Notes: generated by a model from the letters alone, not told the origin. Positions 14,322-28,236 are shown, counted from the first letter of the stretch. The stretch: 64,000 bases of DNA from Octopus sinensis (GCF_006345805.1 NC_043013.1:11284001-11348000); one strand, 5' to 3'. Program-made: numbers and translations.

Positions 14322-15074
14322 TATCTGTTTATGTTTATGTGTGTTCGTCGCGTATATGTGTGTGTATTTGTATCATTTTATCGTTTCTTTGTGGGTTTTG
14401 TGTGTACTGATGGGCTTCCACAGTTGAAATCATCGAAGTTTTGAAATCTTTATATGGTATTAATTTTAACACCAAATTTAATTTCTGTATATACGCACAC
14501 ACATACGCGCGCATGCACACACACACACACTCATACACAAACACAAAGACACTCACCCACACACCGTCATTCATAGACACACGCACACGCATGCTAACAA
14601 ATGCACACGTACACTCACATATATGTAGAAGCACAGACAAATTTTTGCTTTCATTGGCAACAAATATGAATGCATACAATATATATAACAACAGACATTT
14701 ATATGCTTTTATGAAGAACAGAGACTTACATATATCATATATATGTATGTATACATACATATACATATATATATATTCATGTAGACACACAGGCATACAC
14801 TCACACACTGAGATACACACACACACACACATACACACACATAGAGTCACACGCACATATGTATATTATGGACTTAATGCTTAGACAGTATTTATGTACT
14901 TTACATGTAACGATATTTCAAAAGCCTTCTCAATATTGTAACACAAGTTTCAAATCTATATTTTATAATATTGACTTGTAGTGAGCTGTAAAACATACTT
15001 GATCTTGTTCTCCCTTTCATATTTTACGTGGCATAGTAGTAGTAGTAGTAGTAGTATAGTAGTAGTAGTAGTAA

Positions 15075-15133
<59 letters not shown>

Positions 15134-15344
15134 TAGTAGTAGTAGTTGTAGCAGCAGCAGTAGAAGTTTTTTCTTTTCCATTTTTCTCATCCCATCCTTT
15201 CTATATTTAATTTTTATCATCTTCATGATTAACCGTGTCTACTGTACGTGTGAATTTTTCTCTGTACGTTTCTTCTTTGAAACCAAGTTGAAACTGAATT
15301 GGTTAAAAAGATATCCGAGGATGATTTCCTATCCTTCAACTTTC

Positions 15345-15650
15345 TAGTCTCGTGACCTAGAAGGCTATCAGATATTGCTATACATCACTGGTCACAATGC
15401 GCTTCGCATTGCTTTAGCCTTCAAATGACGCCACCCCCGCTGGCTAAGCGAGCAGGCCAACAGAAGAAGGAGTGAGAGAAAGTTGCGGTGAAAGAGTACA
15501 GCAGGAATCGCCACCACCCCCTGACGGAGCATCGTAGAACTGTAGGTGTTTTCGCTCGATAAACACTCACAACGCCCGGTCTTGGAAGCGACACCGCGAT
15601 TCTACGACTGTGAGTCCGCTGCCCCAACCACTAGGCCATTGCGCCTCCAC
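15345..15650 (-). mobile_element. tRNA-derived SINE, family C
   Basis: The reverse complement starts gtggaggcgcaatggcctagtggttggggcagc and aligns with 6397-6678. Confidence 0.85.
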
Positions 15651-16130
15651 AAAAACACTATTATAAGTACTGAGATATAAAATATTTTCAGAATCGTTAG
15701 AGCTCCATATGAATATGTTGCTATACTTAGCTAATCGTCTCTTGATATACCATGGGAGTCACCCAACTATATTTTTATTATATAATGGGGGTCACCGTTG
15801 ATTCCAGTATGGTGATATTTTATTATGAAGCTTCACATTAATGTGGTTCAATCTACATTATCTGAATTGGAGCGAATGTATTGAACACATATTTTTTTTT
15901 TATATTTCACGGATGATTTTCACTTTGAGTCAACAGAAGCTGTGATAGATATGTAAGTCGTTGTCTTCTTCATCATTGGAGTGCTGCCCACCATAAAAAA
16001 TCTGTTTCTGAAGGAAAAGCCATGACAGTTTCTTAAATAAGGGAGTGAAATTCGTAAACGGAGGTAAATCGGCCATTCTAACAAGTTTTTAACACGTGTT
16101 TCATCAGTGACTCCCGCAGATAGGAGAAGA

Positions 16131-16200
16131 GGTAATGGGAATATATGCATATTTCAGAAGTGTTTTTACTTCTTCTTCAGCACCACATCCAACACATTAC
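16131..16200 (-). ncRNA. Hammerhead-ribozyme-like motif (type I), stem I degenerate
   Basis: Minus strand reads gtggtg CTGAAGA agaagt aaaaac acttct GAAA tatgcatat a ttcccattacc. The core is intact, stem II is a perfect 6 bp, stem III is the palindrome atatgcatat and the triplet is AUA. Stem I pairs poorly. Confidence 0.5.
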
Positions 16201-16648
16201 TTAAATAACTACAAAATTTAGCGGTGTAAAACAACTGGATTTACGTATTAAACACGTTCCTCGCAATTGATACGTAGTCTAGTTGCTGTTAGGTCAGGGT
16301 ATTTATTTTTACAACCATAATGCACTATTAAGTATACTGTGTCCTACTTGTGTTAGCAGTGCGATTCAATCATTCAATCAGAATTGGTAGGCAAAATTAT
16401 TATTTGTTAACGAGTGATTAGAATGATAGAGATGTCCAACACTGGAATCTGTTTAACCGTTTATATAAATACATATAAATTTATCTACGTCTTCGTAGGC
16501 ACATACGCTTTCAAGAAAGTCTGGACAGTTTTCTATCTCATATAGCAGATGAACCAACATCGCGACACAAAGAAGAGCAGCTCCGTCCAACTCGCTACTT
16601 CACCAAAATCAATACCGGAAACAAAACCGAGAAAATCACACACACACC

Positions 16649-16696
<48 letters not shown>

Positions 16697-17662
16697 GTAA
16701 TATGTGATGTGTGTGTGGGTGTGTATGTATGGATGTGAGAGTGTACAAGTGTAAGTGTAGATGTGGGAGTGTATGAGTGTATGTAATTGGATGTGATTAT
16801 TTATGCACTTGTATATATGTCAGTTTTGAATGTGCGTGTGATTGCACCCGTCTGCGTGTACACAGTCTTTTATATATATATTAATATATATGAGTTTTCG
16901 TTTATCATGGTCGTTTTATTAAAGTTTGTTTGTATCGAGACTTGTACGTATGTATATGTATGTGTGAGTGTGTATATGGTTATGTTTGTGGGTGTGTGTA
17001 TTTGTGTGTATTGTGTTAGGGTTTGTATAGTTATATTTATACTTGTATGTATGGATTTCATTTCCATTCATAATTTTTTTTAAATGTTTGATATCCACGT
17101 GCTAAGAATTGTTCGGTTTTCTTTTGAGTGTTCATGTATGTGTGAATGTGTGTGTGTGTGTATGTGATTGTTTGCGTAATTTATTTATCTGTATGGGTGT
17201 GAGGTGTTATATATTGGTATATATCGTGTTCTGTAAGTATGTGTATGTATATGTATGTGTGAGCGGGTATATGTATATTGTATTTTATGAATTGAGTGTT
17301 GTATGTGTGTGTGAGGAAGTATGAATAAGTAAGTGTTGAGTGTATGAGCATGTGTGTGTATATATAGTTTATTTTTTGTTTTCTGTTTTTCGTTTTTTTT
17401 TTTGTTTTTGTTTTTTGTTTGTTGTTGTTTTTGGTTTTGTACATTTTTAAATATGAGAACCTTATAATAGGTTTTTATATTCAATTGTTTATAGGGTTTA
17501 TTTTAGATTATTTTAGATTATATATTGATTATATATAGATTATATATAGATTATATATAGATTATATTTTATTTTTTTATATTCTTTCATTGATAATTTT
17601 ATTATTTTATTATTTTAAATTATTTTAAATATATTTTTAAATTATTGATATTTTAGATCGAA

Positions 17663-17713
17663 AATCCACCTGAAGATTGTCGGTAGCAGACATGAAACAT
17701 TTGTAGTGCGGTT
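17663..17713 (+). ncRNA. Minimal type I hammerhead-ribozyme motif
   Basis: aatccac CTGAAGA t tgtc ggtagca gaca t GAAA catttGTA gtgcggtt. All conserved core bases are present. Stem II is 4 bp with a U-U closing pair, stem III is short, the triplet is GUA (17703-17705), and stem I is cac/gtg plus 4 more pairs past a bulge. Confidence 0.62.
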
Positions 17714-17874
17714 TATTTAATTTATATTAAAATTTTATGTATTGATTAAGTCTTTCCTTGTTTGGTTTTAAAATAGTGGTTTTGTCTCGAATTATATTAT
17801 ATAATATTTTACTATAAAATTGGATTTAACCCTAAATCTGATTTTTCCCTGTAATTTTGGATTCATTCCCTATA

Positions 17875-17943
<69 letters not shown>

Positions 17944-18937
17944 TAAATACACATACACACACAACATACACACACACACATATATTATATATATGTAAAT
18001 ACATACACATACACACACACATATATATATATACATACACACACACCACACACATATATACCGGTCTGGATATAGGAGTGCGTGAATGCCTATGTAATAT
18101 CCATCCACCTTCATTGCCCTTCCCTACAACCGAACAACTTCTCGGTCTCTATATGTGTTTTTATTATTTTTGTTGCTGTTGTTGATGATTCTACGGACGA
18201 ATTTTGTGTACATAAACCTGTCACTATCCAGATGACTGTGTCTATATGTATATTGATCAAGTGGTTAATAATTTTTTCTTCTTTCTCTTTAACTATCTCA
18301 CTTATTCCGTGCTTATGTGTGTATATACGTGATTGTGCGTAGATGTCATATTCATCTTTTAATTCATCGTACAATATTCATCGTTTAATTCATCGTACGA
18401 TATATATCAAGAATTTGGTGTTTTCGCGCAAAACCCTGAACTCTTCCGATCGCTGTTTTCTATTCTATTTCGACTACCAAGATTTCCTTCCTATGTCCTT
18501 GAAAAATAAAAATCCATTGTCAAACAAAAGTGTCTCGCATCAACACTAGTTTAGATGAGAGTCTGCGAAAAACCAATTCCAAATTAGTGCTAATTTTGAG
18601 CTCGACCAATTTCTTGGTCTCTGCAGACTAATCTTCGGCATTGTCCAAGTTATTCTCTTCGTCGTATATTCAACATTAGTAATTCTGTTTCTGTGATGCA
18701 ATATCGAGCTTACAATGTATGCATACATACAGACACACATGTATACATACATAGATACATGCATTAGCGAATACATACATATACACACATTAATATTCAT
18801 ACATACAAATATGTATGTGTGTGCTTAAATATATATGTGTGTGCACGTATGTACATATGTGTGTATATATATATATATATATGAAGTTAGATAGATAGGT
18901 AGGCAGATAGACAGATATATATGTATCTACAGGTGCG

Positions 18938-18968
<31 letters not shown>

Positions 18969-19143
18969 TGTATATACATATACTATATAACTAATACAAA
19001 AATATACACACACATGGAAGCATATATATAGTTATACACACACATACATACATAAATGTATATATATGTGAATATATAAATATTTACATATGTGTTTATA
19101 TACATATTTATACATATGTATATATACGTATATGCAGGTATAC

Positions 19144-19208
<65 letters not shown>

Positions 19209-19679
19209 AACATATAGACACACACATATGTTTCATCGTTACTTTTGCTCTGGCTTACCGAAGCATACCGATGCTACTATTAACATATTGTCATCAGACA
19301 CATCATCATCACACTTCATCGACAACACCATCAGCATCACCATTGTCATAAAGGAAACACTAATAAAAGAAGCAGCAGACCGCGTTTTTGTCCGTTCGCT
19401 TCTCCCTTAACGCATTGTACTCACTCTGTATATACCAATCTTAGGTTTTATTTCTCCCGAGATTTAGTTTCATTATTAGAAAAGAATAATCCAATAATAC
19501 ATACAAATACACATACATATATAAGTATATATATGTATATACATGTGTACACACATATATATCTGTGTTTATTTATATATATATATGTATGTAGGTATAT
19601 TTATATATATATATATATATGCATATATATACATATATTAAACATATGCATACATATGCATTTATATGTATTTGTCCGC

Positions 19680-19724
<45 letters not shown>

Positions 19725-19859
19725 TGTATGTATATCTATTAGATCAATCTATACATATACATTAGGAATATATATATATTTACATATTTTGGACATATAC
19801 TATCTATATACATACATAGAAATATAAATGTAAACATTATATATAGATGTATGCATGTT

Positions 19860-19906
<47 letters not shown>

Positions 19907-20179
19907 ATTATATGTACATATATATATATATACGCATTTATACACAAATACAAATCCATATATATATTTTATTAATATTCATATATACATGCATACACAT
20001 ATCGTAATTATTATATATATACACACTCACACAGATATATATATATATATATATATAAATATATGTATGTGTGGTGTGTGATGTATGTATGTATGTATAT
20101 GTGTTTTTATGTATGTATACACTTGCATATATGCATACACATACTCCCAAATATATAGTCTCTGGTGTTTTTATCATGA

Positions 20180-20460
20180 CGCTACAAATTGAGCTCGGTT
20201 GTCGTCGAAACCGAACAGGAGCCTTGAAAGGATTGTTTGATGTCTAAAATACAAGGAGTAGATTATTGTGAAAATGGCGGTTGCCTTAATGAGGGACGTC
20301 TCGTCGGGGGAAAAAACAGAAGGCTAATCATTATAATCAGCCGAACATGCGATATCTTACGAAGACTTTTATTTTTGCGTGTAGTGTTTCACTGTGCAGT
20401 GTTTCATTTGGTTATTGCTAATGACTGAGAAAATGTCGAACAGAAGCTACGGACGTGAGT
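20180..20460 (+). promoter_or_regulatory. CpG-enriched unique block, possible promoter or first exon
   Basis: Locally CpG-rich, with a YY1-like aaaatggcgg at 20271-20280. ATG at 20421 reads MTEKMSNRSYG and is followed by the donor-like c|gtgagt at 20455. Confidence 0.25.
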
Positions 20461-20729
20461 AAGGTGAAGTATGTGAGGGAGAACTGTAGTCAGATCAATA
20501 GCGTTCATGGGAGAGAGAGAGAGGGAGAGAGAGAGAGAGATGGAGAGTGAAAGAGATAGAGAGAGGGAGAGAAAGGGAGAGACAGAAAGACAGAAATGGA
20601 GAGCGGTGCGTGTTAAAAAAAGAAAAAGAGAGGAATATTAAAGGGAATATTGGAATTTGCCCCTTTGGACGCAAATTATCTTCCCTAAGCTCAGGCATTC
20701 ACAAAACCCTATGCTTTATACTAAGCTTC

Positions 20730-20731
20730 TG

Positions 20732-20768
<37 letters not shown>

Positions 20769-20866
20769 TTATCAATCTATCTATCTATCTATCTATCTGG
20801 TCTATCCGCCTGTCTCTCTGTCTATCCATCCATCCATCCTTCCATCCATCCATCAATCCATCCATC

Positions 20867-20917
<51 letters not shown>

Positions 20918-21049
20918 GTTCCATCGATCAATCGATCGGTCGATTGATCTATCTACCATTTTTGTTTCTTTGTTTCTTCCTATCTGTGTATTTTTATATC
21001 CATCTACCTATCTGCTTGTTCGTCTTCTGCCATTCAATCTCTCTCTCCG

Positions 21050-21146
<97 letters not shown>
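20730..21146. repeat. (TATC)n/(CCAT)n tetranucleotide field
   Basis: Direct reading of the sequence. Confidence 0.95.
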
Positions 21147-21295
21147 GCCTGTTGTTAGTCAGGAGGTATCTCTCTCTCTCTCTCTCTCTCTCTTGCTCTT
21201 TTTATCTAACCTCTTATTACCTCTTGTTTCTAGCTTGCTCTTGTCATTTAACTTTCTATCTGTGCCTGTGTGTGTTTGCGAGCCCACGATTTGCT

Positions 21296-21540
21296 AGGAC
21301 GCATAGTCTAGTGGTTAGTCGTTGCACCCATGATCCCGCGCTCGTGGTTTCAATTCTTGGGCCGGGTGCTGAGTAATTTTCTTGAACAAAGCACTTCATC
21401 TCAAGTAGCTCTGCGATCACTTCGACATCTGACACTTCTGGCCTGTATAGGCAATGTCGATTTGATGGAGGGATCGAGCTAATGTACAGCCTATATACGA
21501 GATAACTATAAACAAATCAAATGTGCTATTCGTTCACAAA
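21296..21540 (+). mobile_element. tRNA-derived SINE, family D, diverged
   Basis: ggacgcatagtctagtggttag...gtggtttcaattcttgggccggg...cttgaacaaagcacttcatctca; a tRNA-like head followed by a SINE central-domain-like segment. Confidence 0.7.
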
Positions 21541-21886
21541 AATCTGAAGACTTATACATTCGTTTTCGACGATATTATTGACGTTTGTCAATTATAATAT
21601 AAACAATTTTACATTAATCTGATGGTTATTTTTGCAGATTAGAGATTTATTATGTTAACGCATGAATATTATTGACATTGAGTTTGAAGTTTCAACTAGC
21701 TAAGCTGTCGTCGGCATTCCGGCGATGGCTTGGCTAGCGGAAACTTCGAACTCACTGCCAACAATATTGTCAACAATATTCTTGTTTAGAAATAATAATA
21801 ATATAATAATAATAATAATAATAATATAATAATAATAATAATAATGTATAATAATAATAATAATAATAATAATATTGATAATAATA

Positions 21887-21921
<35 letters not shown>

Positions 21922-21973
21922 TAATAATAATAATAATAATAATAATATCATTTATATTGATTATTATTATATA

Positions 21974-23202
21974 GATGTTTAGGGATTTTGGAGATGGATG
22001 ACATTCTACATAGAGATGAAAGTCAAGATGACAAAACTTTGGGCACTTGCGGTGGTCAGATATTGTGCGTCCATCATCAAATGGACTAAGGAGGAAATAT
22101 CAACACTGGATAGAAGGACAAGAGAGCTGCTAACGTTGTATGGGGGTGCTAAATCCTAAAGCAAACGTAAACAGTCTGTAATATGAAAAGTAAGAATGGT
22201 GGCAGCGGACTAATTAGTATTGACCACTGTATAAGGATTCAAAGAGGACGCTTGCCGAGTATTTGATAAATAGTGATGAAGACCTGCTGCAATATGCCGC
22301 GAAAGATATGGATGTAAATGCAGATGAAATGCTGGGCAAGGAAAAGTTTGAACAAAGAGCTGAGGAGAAGAGAAAAGAAGACCTTCTTGAAATGAGAATG
22401 CATGGACAGTTTGAAAGGATTAGACAAGACGTTAGGGGTAATACAGCATCGTGGGGATGGCTTGAGCGAGGTGATTTGAAGCGTACCATTGAAAGCATGA
22501 TCACTGCTGCTCAAGACCAGGCTCTCGCTATCAATTCAGTGAAGTATAACAGCTATAAAACTTCTGACGCCCAGAAATGCAGACTCTGTGGAAAGAGTGT
22601 GGAAAATGTGACCCACTTGGTAAGTGGGTATGAGAACCTCGCACAAAAAGAATACAAGCTCTACCATGATACAGTGTGTGTGTATCTTCATTGGCTCTTA
22701 TGCCGTAAATACCAATATGAAATAACAGAAAACTGGCATGAGCATGTACCAAGTAAAGTTATGCAGGAGGATGGAAAAGAAACGATACTCTGGGACTATG
22801 ATTTTCAGACAGATCATGTAATCGAACACGGTCGGCCGGATATTGTCATATCGAATAAGAGAGACAAACACTGTCAGATCATTGATGTAGCCATACCAAA
22901 TGACATGAATGTTGTGAGTAAAGAGGTTGAAAAACTCACCAACTATTCCGAATTGAAAGTGGAAAAGGCAAGTCTGTATGGTATGTGAGAGGGTGATGTA
23001 AAAGTGATACCAGTGGAAATCCCATTGAAACTTCAAATCTTCTTAAGGCAACTGGAATTCCCATGCAAGGTTGATGTCTTGCAAAAAAACTATCTTATTC
23101 GGCACAACGCATATTTTAAGAAAGTGTTATCAGTCTGAGGTCCTCGTTGTGACTTGATAGATGACGAAAGACACCAGGGCATTTTTATCGACACTGTATT
23201 AC
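21974..23202 (+). mobile_element. R4/Dong-type LINE, 5'-truncated: RT thumb, CCHC zinc finger, RLE and 3'UTR
   Basis: ORF 22263-22988 has GWLERGDLKRTIESMITAAQDQAL, CRLCGKSVENVTHLVSG, YHDTVCVYLHWLLC, ILWDYDFQTDH, RPDIVI and IIDVAIPND...KEVEK. Upstream frames are disrupted. Flanks are (AAT)n on the 5' side and (GAT)n on the 3' side. Confidence 0.93.
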
Positions 23203-23217
23203 GAAGGAAGGAAGGAA

Positions 23218-23317
23218 GATGATGATGATGATGATGATGATGACGACGACGACGACGTCGACGATGATGATGATGATGACGACGACGGCGATGATGATGA
23301 TGATGATGACGATGATG
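23218..23317. repeat. (GAT/GAC)n tract
   Basis: Direct reading of the sequence. Confidence 0.95.
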
Positions 23318-23361
23318 GTTTGAAATTTTGCCAAAAGTGCAGCAATTTTGTGGAGAAAGGA

Positions 23362-23693
23362 TGAGTTGATTAAATCGACGCCAGTGTTCAGCTGGTACGT
23401 ATTTTATTGACCCCAAAATACCTCGGCAGAATTTGAACTCAGAACGGAGCGAAGGGCGAAATACCTATTTCTTTACTACCCACAAGGGGCTAAACACAGA
23501 AAAGACAAACAAGGACAGACAAATGGACTAAATTGATTATATCGACCCCAGTGCGTAACTGGCACTTATTTAGTCGACCCCGAAAAGAAGGAAAGGCAAA
23601 ATCGACCTCGGCAGAATTTGAACTCAGAATGTAGCGGCAGACGAAATACCGCTAAGCATTTCGCCCGGCGTGCTAACGATGCTACCAGCTCGC
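23362..23693 (-). mobile_element. SINE family B (gcgagctggcag...gttagcacgccgggcgaaatgc...gagttcaaattc): one near-complete copy plus an adjacent partial copy
   Basis: cctcggcagaatttgaactcagaa occurs twice, at about 23421 and 23606. The family recurs many times in the window. Confidence 0.85.
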
Positions 23694-23699
23694 AAATAA

Positions 23700-23708
23700 A
23701 AATAATAA

Positions 23709-23774
<66 letters not shown>

Positions 23775-24034
23775 CAATATTAATAGTAATAGTAATAGTA
23801 ATAGTAATAATAGTAATAGTAATACAAAAAGTAATAATAATAATATTAATAATAATAACAATGATGATGACGACGACGACGACGACGACGATGACGATCA
23901 CGATGACGACGATCACGAACGATGACGATGACGATGACGATTACGATGATGACGACGGCGACGACGACGACGATGACGACGATGATGATGCTGATGATGA
24001 TGATGATGATGATGACGATGATGACGATGATGAC

Positions 24035-24074
<40 letters not shown>

Positions 24075-24080
24075 GATGAT
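23700..24080. repeat. (AAT)n-(GAC/GAT)n composite microsatellite
   Basis: Direct reading of the sequence; source of the poly-D/M/T ORFs. Confidence 0.95.
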
Positions 24081-24344
24081 GATATATATGCACATATGAA
24101 ATTCATTTGGCTGGGTTTTCACTCGGGAGGAATTCTAGTATTGAAACATTAGCTGCGTGGTCACCAATCTGCTAAATATCTAATTTATTCTTTAGCTCAG
24201 ATCTACTTTAAAACATAAATATAATTCTTTAAAATTTCAGATGTCTTCCATTTTTTAGTTTACTACTGTGGGTCATTCATTCAAAAAAGGAGTATTTCTT
24301 CGCACGACTGGTGTAAAATCAGGTAATTACGTACCATAGTAGTT

Positions 24345-24692
24345 GGCATGTAGTGCAACCACTCCGTCTGTCACGACGATGAGTGATCCAGTTGATTTGA
24401 TCAACGGAATATCCTGTTTGTGAAATTAACGGGCAAGTGGCTGAGCACTTTACAGACACGATACTCTTAGCGTATTCCCTAAGGAGATTCAGAATGTGAC
24501 ACAGAATGTGACACAGAATGTGACAAGTCTGATCCTTTTGTATTACAGTTACAACTAATTTTTGGTAGTTAACTGAACTGAAGCGAGGGGATATAAAACA
24601 TGTCGCTCAAAGACACAAAGTGCCGTCAGGAATCAAACATATGACCTTACAAAGGAAGGCTGAATTCCCTAACAACTAAGCCACGCTCCTTC
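24345..24692 (-). mobile_element. tRNA-derived SINE, family E, with internal 12-bp tandem (cagaatgtgaca)x3 at 24490-24525
   Basis: The reverse complement starts gaaggagcgtggcttagttgttagggaattcagcc...tttgattcctgac, a tRNA-like head. Confidence 0.7.
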
Positions 24693-26180
24693 ACTATTGT
24701 TTTGCATATAAGACGCACATTTTCAGAAATGACAGAAAGGAGACAAAAACAATAAAATGTTACAAGAAATCCTTCCGGGTCGTATATGGGAAGTTTTGCT
24801 TCTATTACATACTTTTTATCAGAATAAAAGACTATTGAAAAGGTTGCAAGACGTAATGAAAATTTTAGGAAAATAAAAATAAGAAATAAGTGAAATTTTA
24901 CCGGTGAGTGTGTTAAATTATAAGGCACAAAAAGAAAATGACTCTCCCCAAACACAACAGAATATGCTTCAACACACGAACTCACATAAAGAATCTTGTA
25001 AACCAAATACAAAAGCGAAACTAACAATATTTTAGTGAATATGCGGTGCTGAAACCAGGGTAGTCTAGTAAGCTAGTGTGTCTTTATGCCATAAAATTCC
25101 GTAAGCTAACAGCTTACTTAGCATTTTATAACTATAGTGGTGAAACCTTCATTAACTTGCTGATATGCATACGACAGAGACGACAAGACAAAAAATGTAA
25201 GAGAGTGGGGCCGTGTGAGGCATTACACTACTTTCTCGAGTCATAAATGGGATTGCTACGTAGAAATGATGAAGTATATACATATATACTTACATCCTTA
25301 CATGCACAGAGGCATATGCATATGCGTGCGCCCGCAGTTCAGTACGTATGTAATTGTATGTTTGTGTAAACTTGTGTAAAAAGGGAGAGTATACGAGTGA
25401 GAGATACAGAGAGAGAGAGAGAGAGAGAGAGTAAGAAAGAGAGAGGGAGAGATAGATAGGGAGCGAGAGAGAGAAGTAATTGTGATTGTTTGGCGTGAGG
25501 GATAGAGAATAAAATGAAAAATATAGAGAAAAATGTGTGGCTCTTTGAACCTCGGCTAAATGTTGTTCCTTCGATATTTACGCAGTTATACACGCAATTG
25601 CTGCTTCCTTTCGTCCGTTATTGCGTGTCCTCTGGGTGATTTTACAATTGGGCTACGTACCTACACATGTTTAGATGTATACACAAATGTGTGTGTGTGT
25701 TGTGTGTGTGTTGTGTGTGTGTTGTGTGTGTGTGTGTGCGTGTTTGTACATATATATGCAGGTACATATGTGTGTACGTATATAAGTCTCACATCGCCTT
25801 TGTGCATACATTTGTTAAGCTCTCTCTCTCACTTTCTGCATATAAATATGTATATGCGCACATACATATAGATAGATAGATAGATAGATAGAGAGAGAGA
25901 GCGAGAGGGAGAGAGAGACATTGATAAAAACAAACGATGGGTTATCTAGTAGCTCAACTGACTTGTTATATATACACACACACACATATGTATGTATATA
26001 TAGATATATATATTATATATATATATATAATATAGTGTGTTATATATATAGATATCTAGAATATAATATCTATATATATCTATAGATATATATATATATA
26101 TATATATCTATATATTAAGATATATATATAATCTATATAATATATATAATATATATATATATATACATACATACAACATA

Positions 26181-26224
<44 letters not shown>

Positions 26225-26296
26225 ATATGTAATGTATATGTATATATATATATATCTATATATATATATATATTATAGATATATATATATATATAT

Positions 26297-26329
<33 letters not shown>

Positions 26330-26473
26330 TATATATAGATATATATATAGATAATATATAGATATATACACACACACATTACATATATATAGATATATGT
26401 GATGTTGTATATATATATATATATATGTAGTATGTATATATATTATATAATAGATATATATATATATAATATC

Positions 26474-26506
<33 letters not shown>

Positions 26507-26526
26507 TACATATATACGACAGGCTT

Positions 26527-26569
<43 letters not shown>

Positions 26570-26584
26570 ACATATACATATACC

Positions 26585-26738
26585 CCAGGCTTCTTTCAGT
26601 TTCTGTCTACCGAATCCATTCACAAGTATATGCTCGGCCAGAGGCTATAGTAGAAGACACTTGCCTAAGGTGTCACGTAGTGGGACTGAACCCGGAACTA
26701 TGTGGTTGGTGAGCAAGCTACTTACATCACAGCCACAC
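26585..26738 (-). mobile_element. SINE family A, 5' half
   Basis: Aligns with the 6735 and 45979 copies. Confidence 0.85.
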
Positions 26739-27383
26739 AATTTTTTTTATATCAATAACTTTAAATAAAAGAGAAATGTTGTTTTATATCAACAATATAT
26801 TACTATATTATCATTATATTTATTTACACGCTTTATTACCGTCTCGAAATTAAATAAGACCCTGATACTTAATTTACATACTTATACATTGTTGTCGTAT
26901 GCTATTATAAATGCCAAAGTCTATCTTCGAACTAAATGAATTTGGATTAATATTATTTGAGTTTATAGTAATATATTTCGATAGTTGTATATTATATTTA
27001 CTTAATTATTTTGTCCGTTATAATTTGTTATTGTAATTGTTACGCTCCTAAACACAGGCATTTGAATTATTTTTTTTTACAATCCAGCCGTCCTTTCACA
27101 CGAAATTTTGTCTGTCTTTTAAACCAAAGCTCTGAAGAGACTTATATAAATGGATATGTATTGTTTAAAAATCAAATACTGTATATAAGCTGGCTCTTTT
27201 TGTTTTTTAATAATATTTTATGTTATCCTATATTATATTTATAGTATATTATATTATAATATAAATACATCATTGCATTGTGAATTGAATCTCTAATTAA
27301 TTTATTGTATGTATGTATATATATATATACATATATATACACATAGACATATATTCATATAAATACATACATATATATGTACG

Positions 27384-27414
<31 letters not shown>

Positions 27415-28165
27415 GCGTGCGCATATTATATATATATATATATGCTTATACACCACACATATAATATATATATACACGCACGCATATATATATATTTATA
27501 TATACGTACATATATATGTATTTATATGTATATATGTCTGTGTATGTGTATAATCACTTTTACTGGTATTACAGTTGAATCGTGGTTTTATAATGTTTGC
27601 TTTATGACAATTAATTTTAGCAGTTTTATTTATATTTTACTATATGGAGTCCATTATATATTCAGAAATATTTTACTTCTTTTGGGTTTATACCCTCAAT
27701 TGATATTATTTTTATTATTATTATATTTATCAGTATCACAATCGTTATTTTAACAACTACTATAATTACTATAGATGTCATTCATGTTACTTTAAATCGC
27801 TTAAACGCATATTTTGTCCAGTGTTGACATTTCACAACCTGACAACACAGTGTTTATTAGTGGAAATTTGGTACATTTCTTCCGCACAAAATTTACATCC
27901 ATTATCGCCTATTCTTTAAGGTTTTGCCTTACTAATTATTTCCCAAGCAATTGAAAATACTTTCTTACTATCTTCTAGTGCCCAAATTAGCTGGCAGTAT
28001 TCATTTTGTTTTTATTTCTAAACGAAATTAAATGATTGGCAATTCCCTGCTTAATATAACATGTGCTAGTTCCTATATAAAAATACTCCGTATTCACTGA
28101 AGTAATCTTGCATCTGTTTATGATATTTGTATGCCTACAGCATTAATGTGTATCTTTTACTATAG

Positions 28166-28236
28166 AACTTCAATGGATGAAAGGAATGCTGACTTTGGAT
28201 TTATTTCAAATTTGATCCAAAAAGAAAGAAAGGAAG
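28166..28236 (+). CDS. Candidate exon of an unknown gene (TSMDERNADFGFISNLIQKERKE)
   Basis: tatcttttactatag| acceptor and gaag|gtaaaa donor, with one open frame in unique sequence. No homology recognised. Confidence 0.22.

Noticed and set aside
15913-15952. Micro-exon DFHFESTEAVID with a gtaagt donor
   Set aside because: The pyrimidine tract ends in cacgg, not AG. It would need a sequencing error or variant to be real.
25985-26580. Apparent complex pattern in an interrupted TA/GA tract
   Set aside because: The interruptions are irregular with no period, most simply explained by consensus error in a long (TA)n tract.
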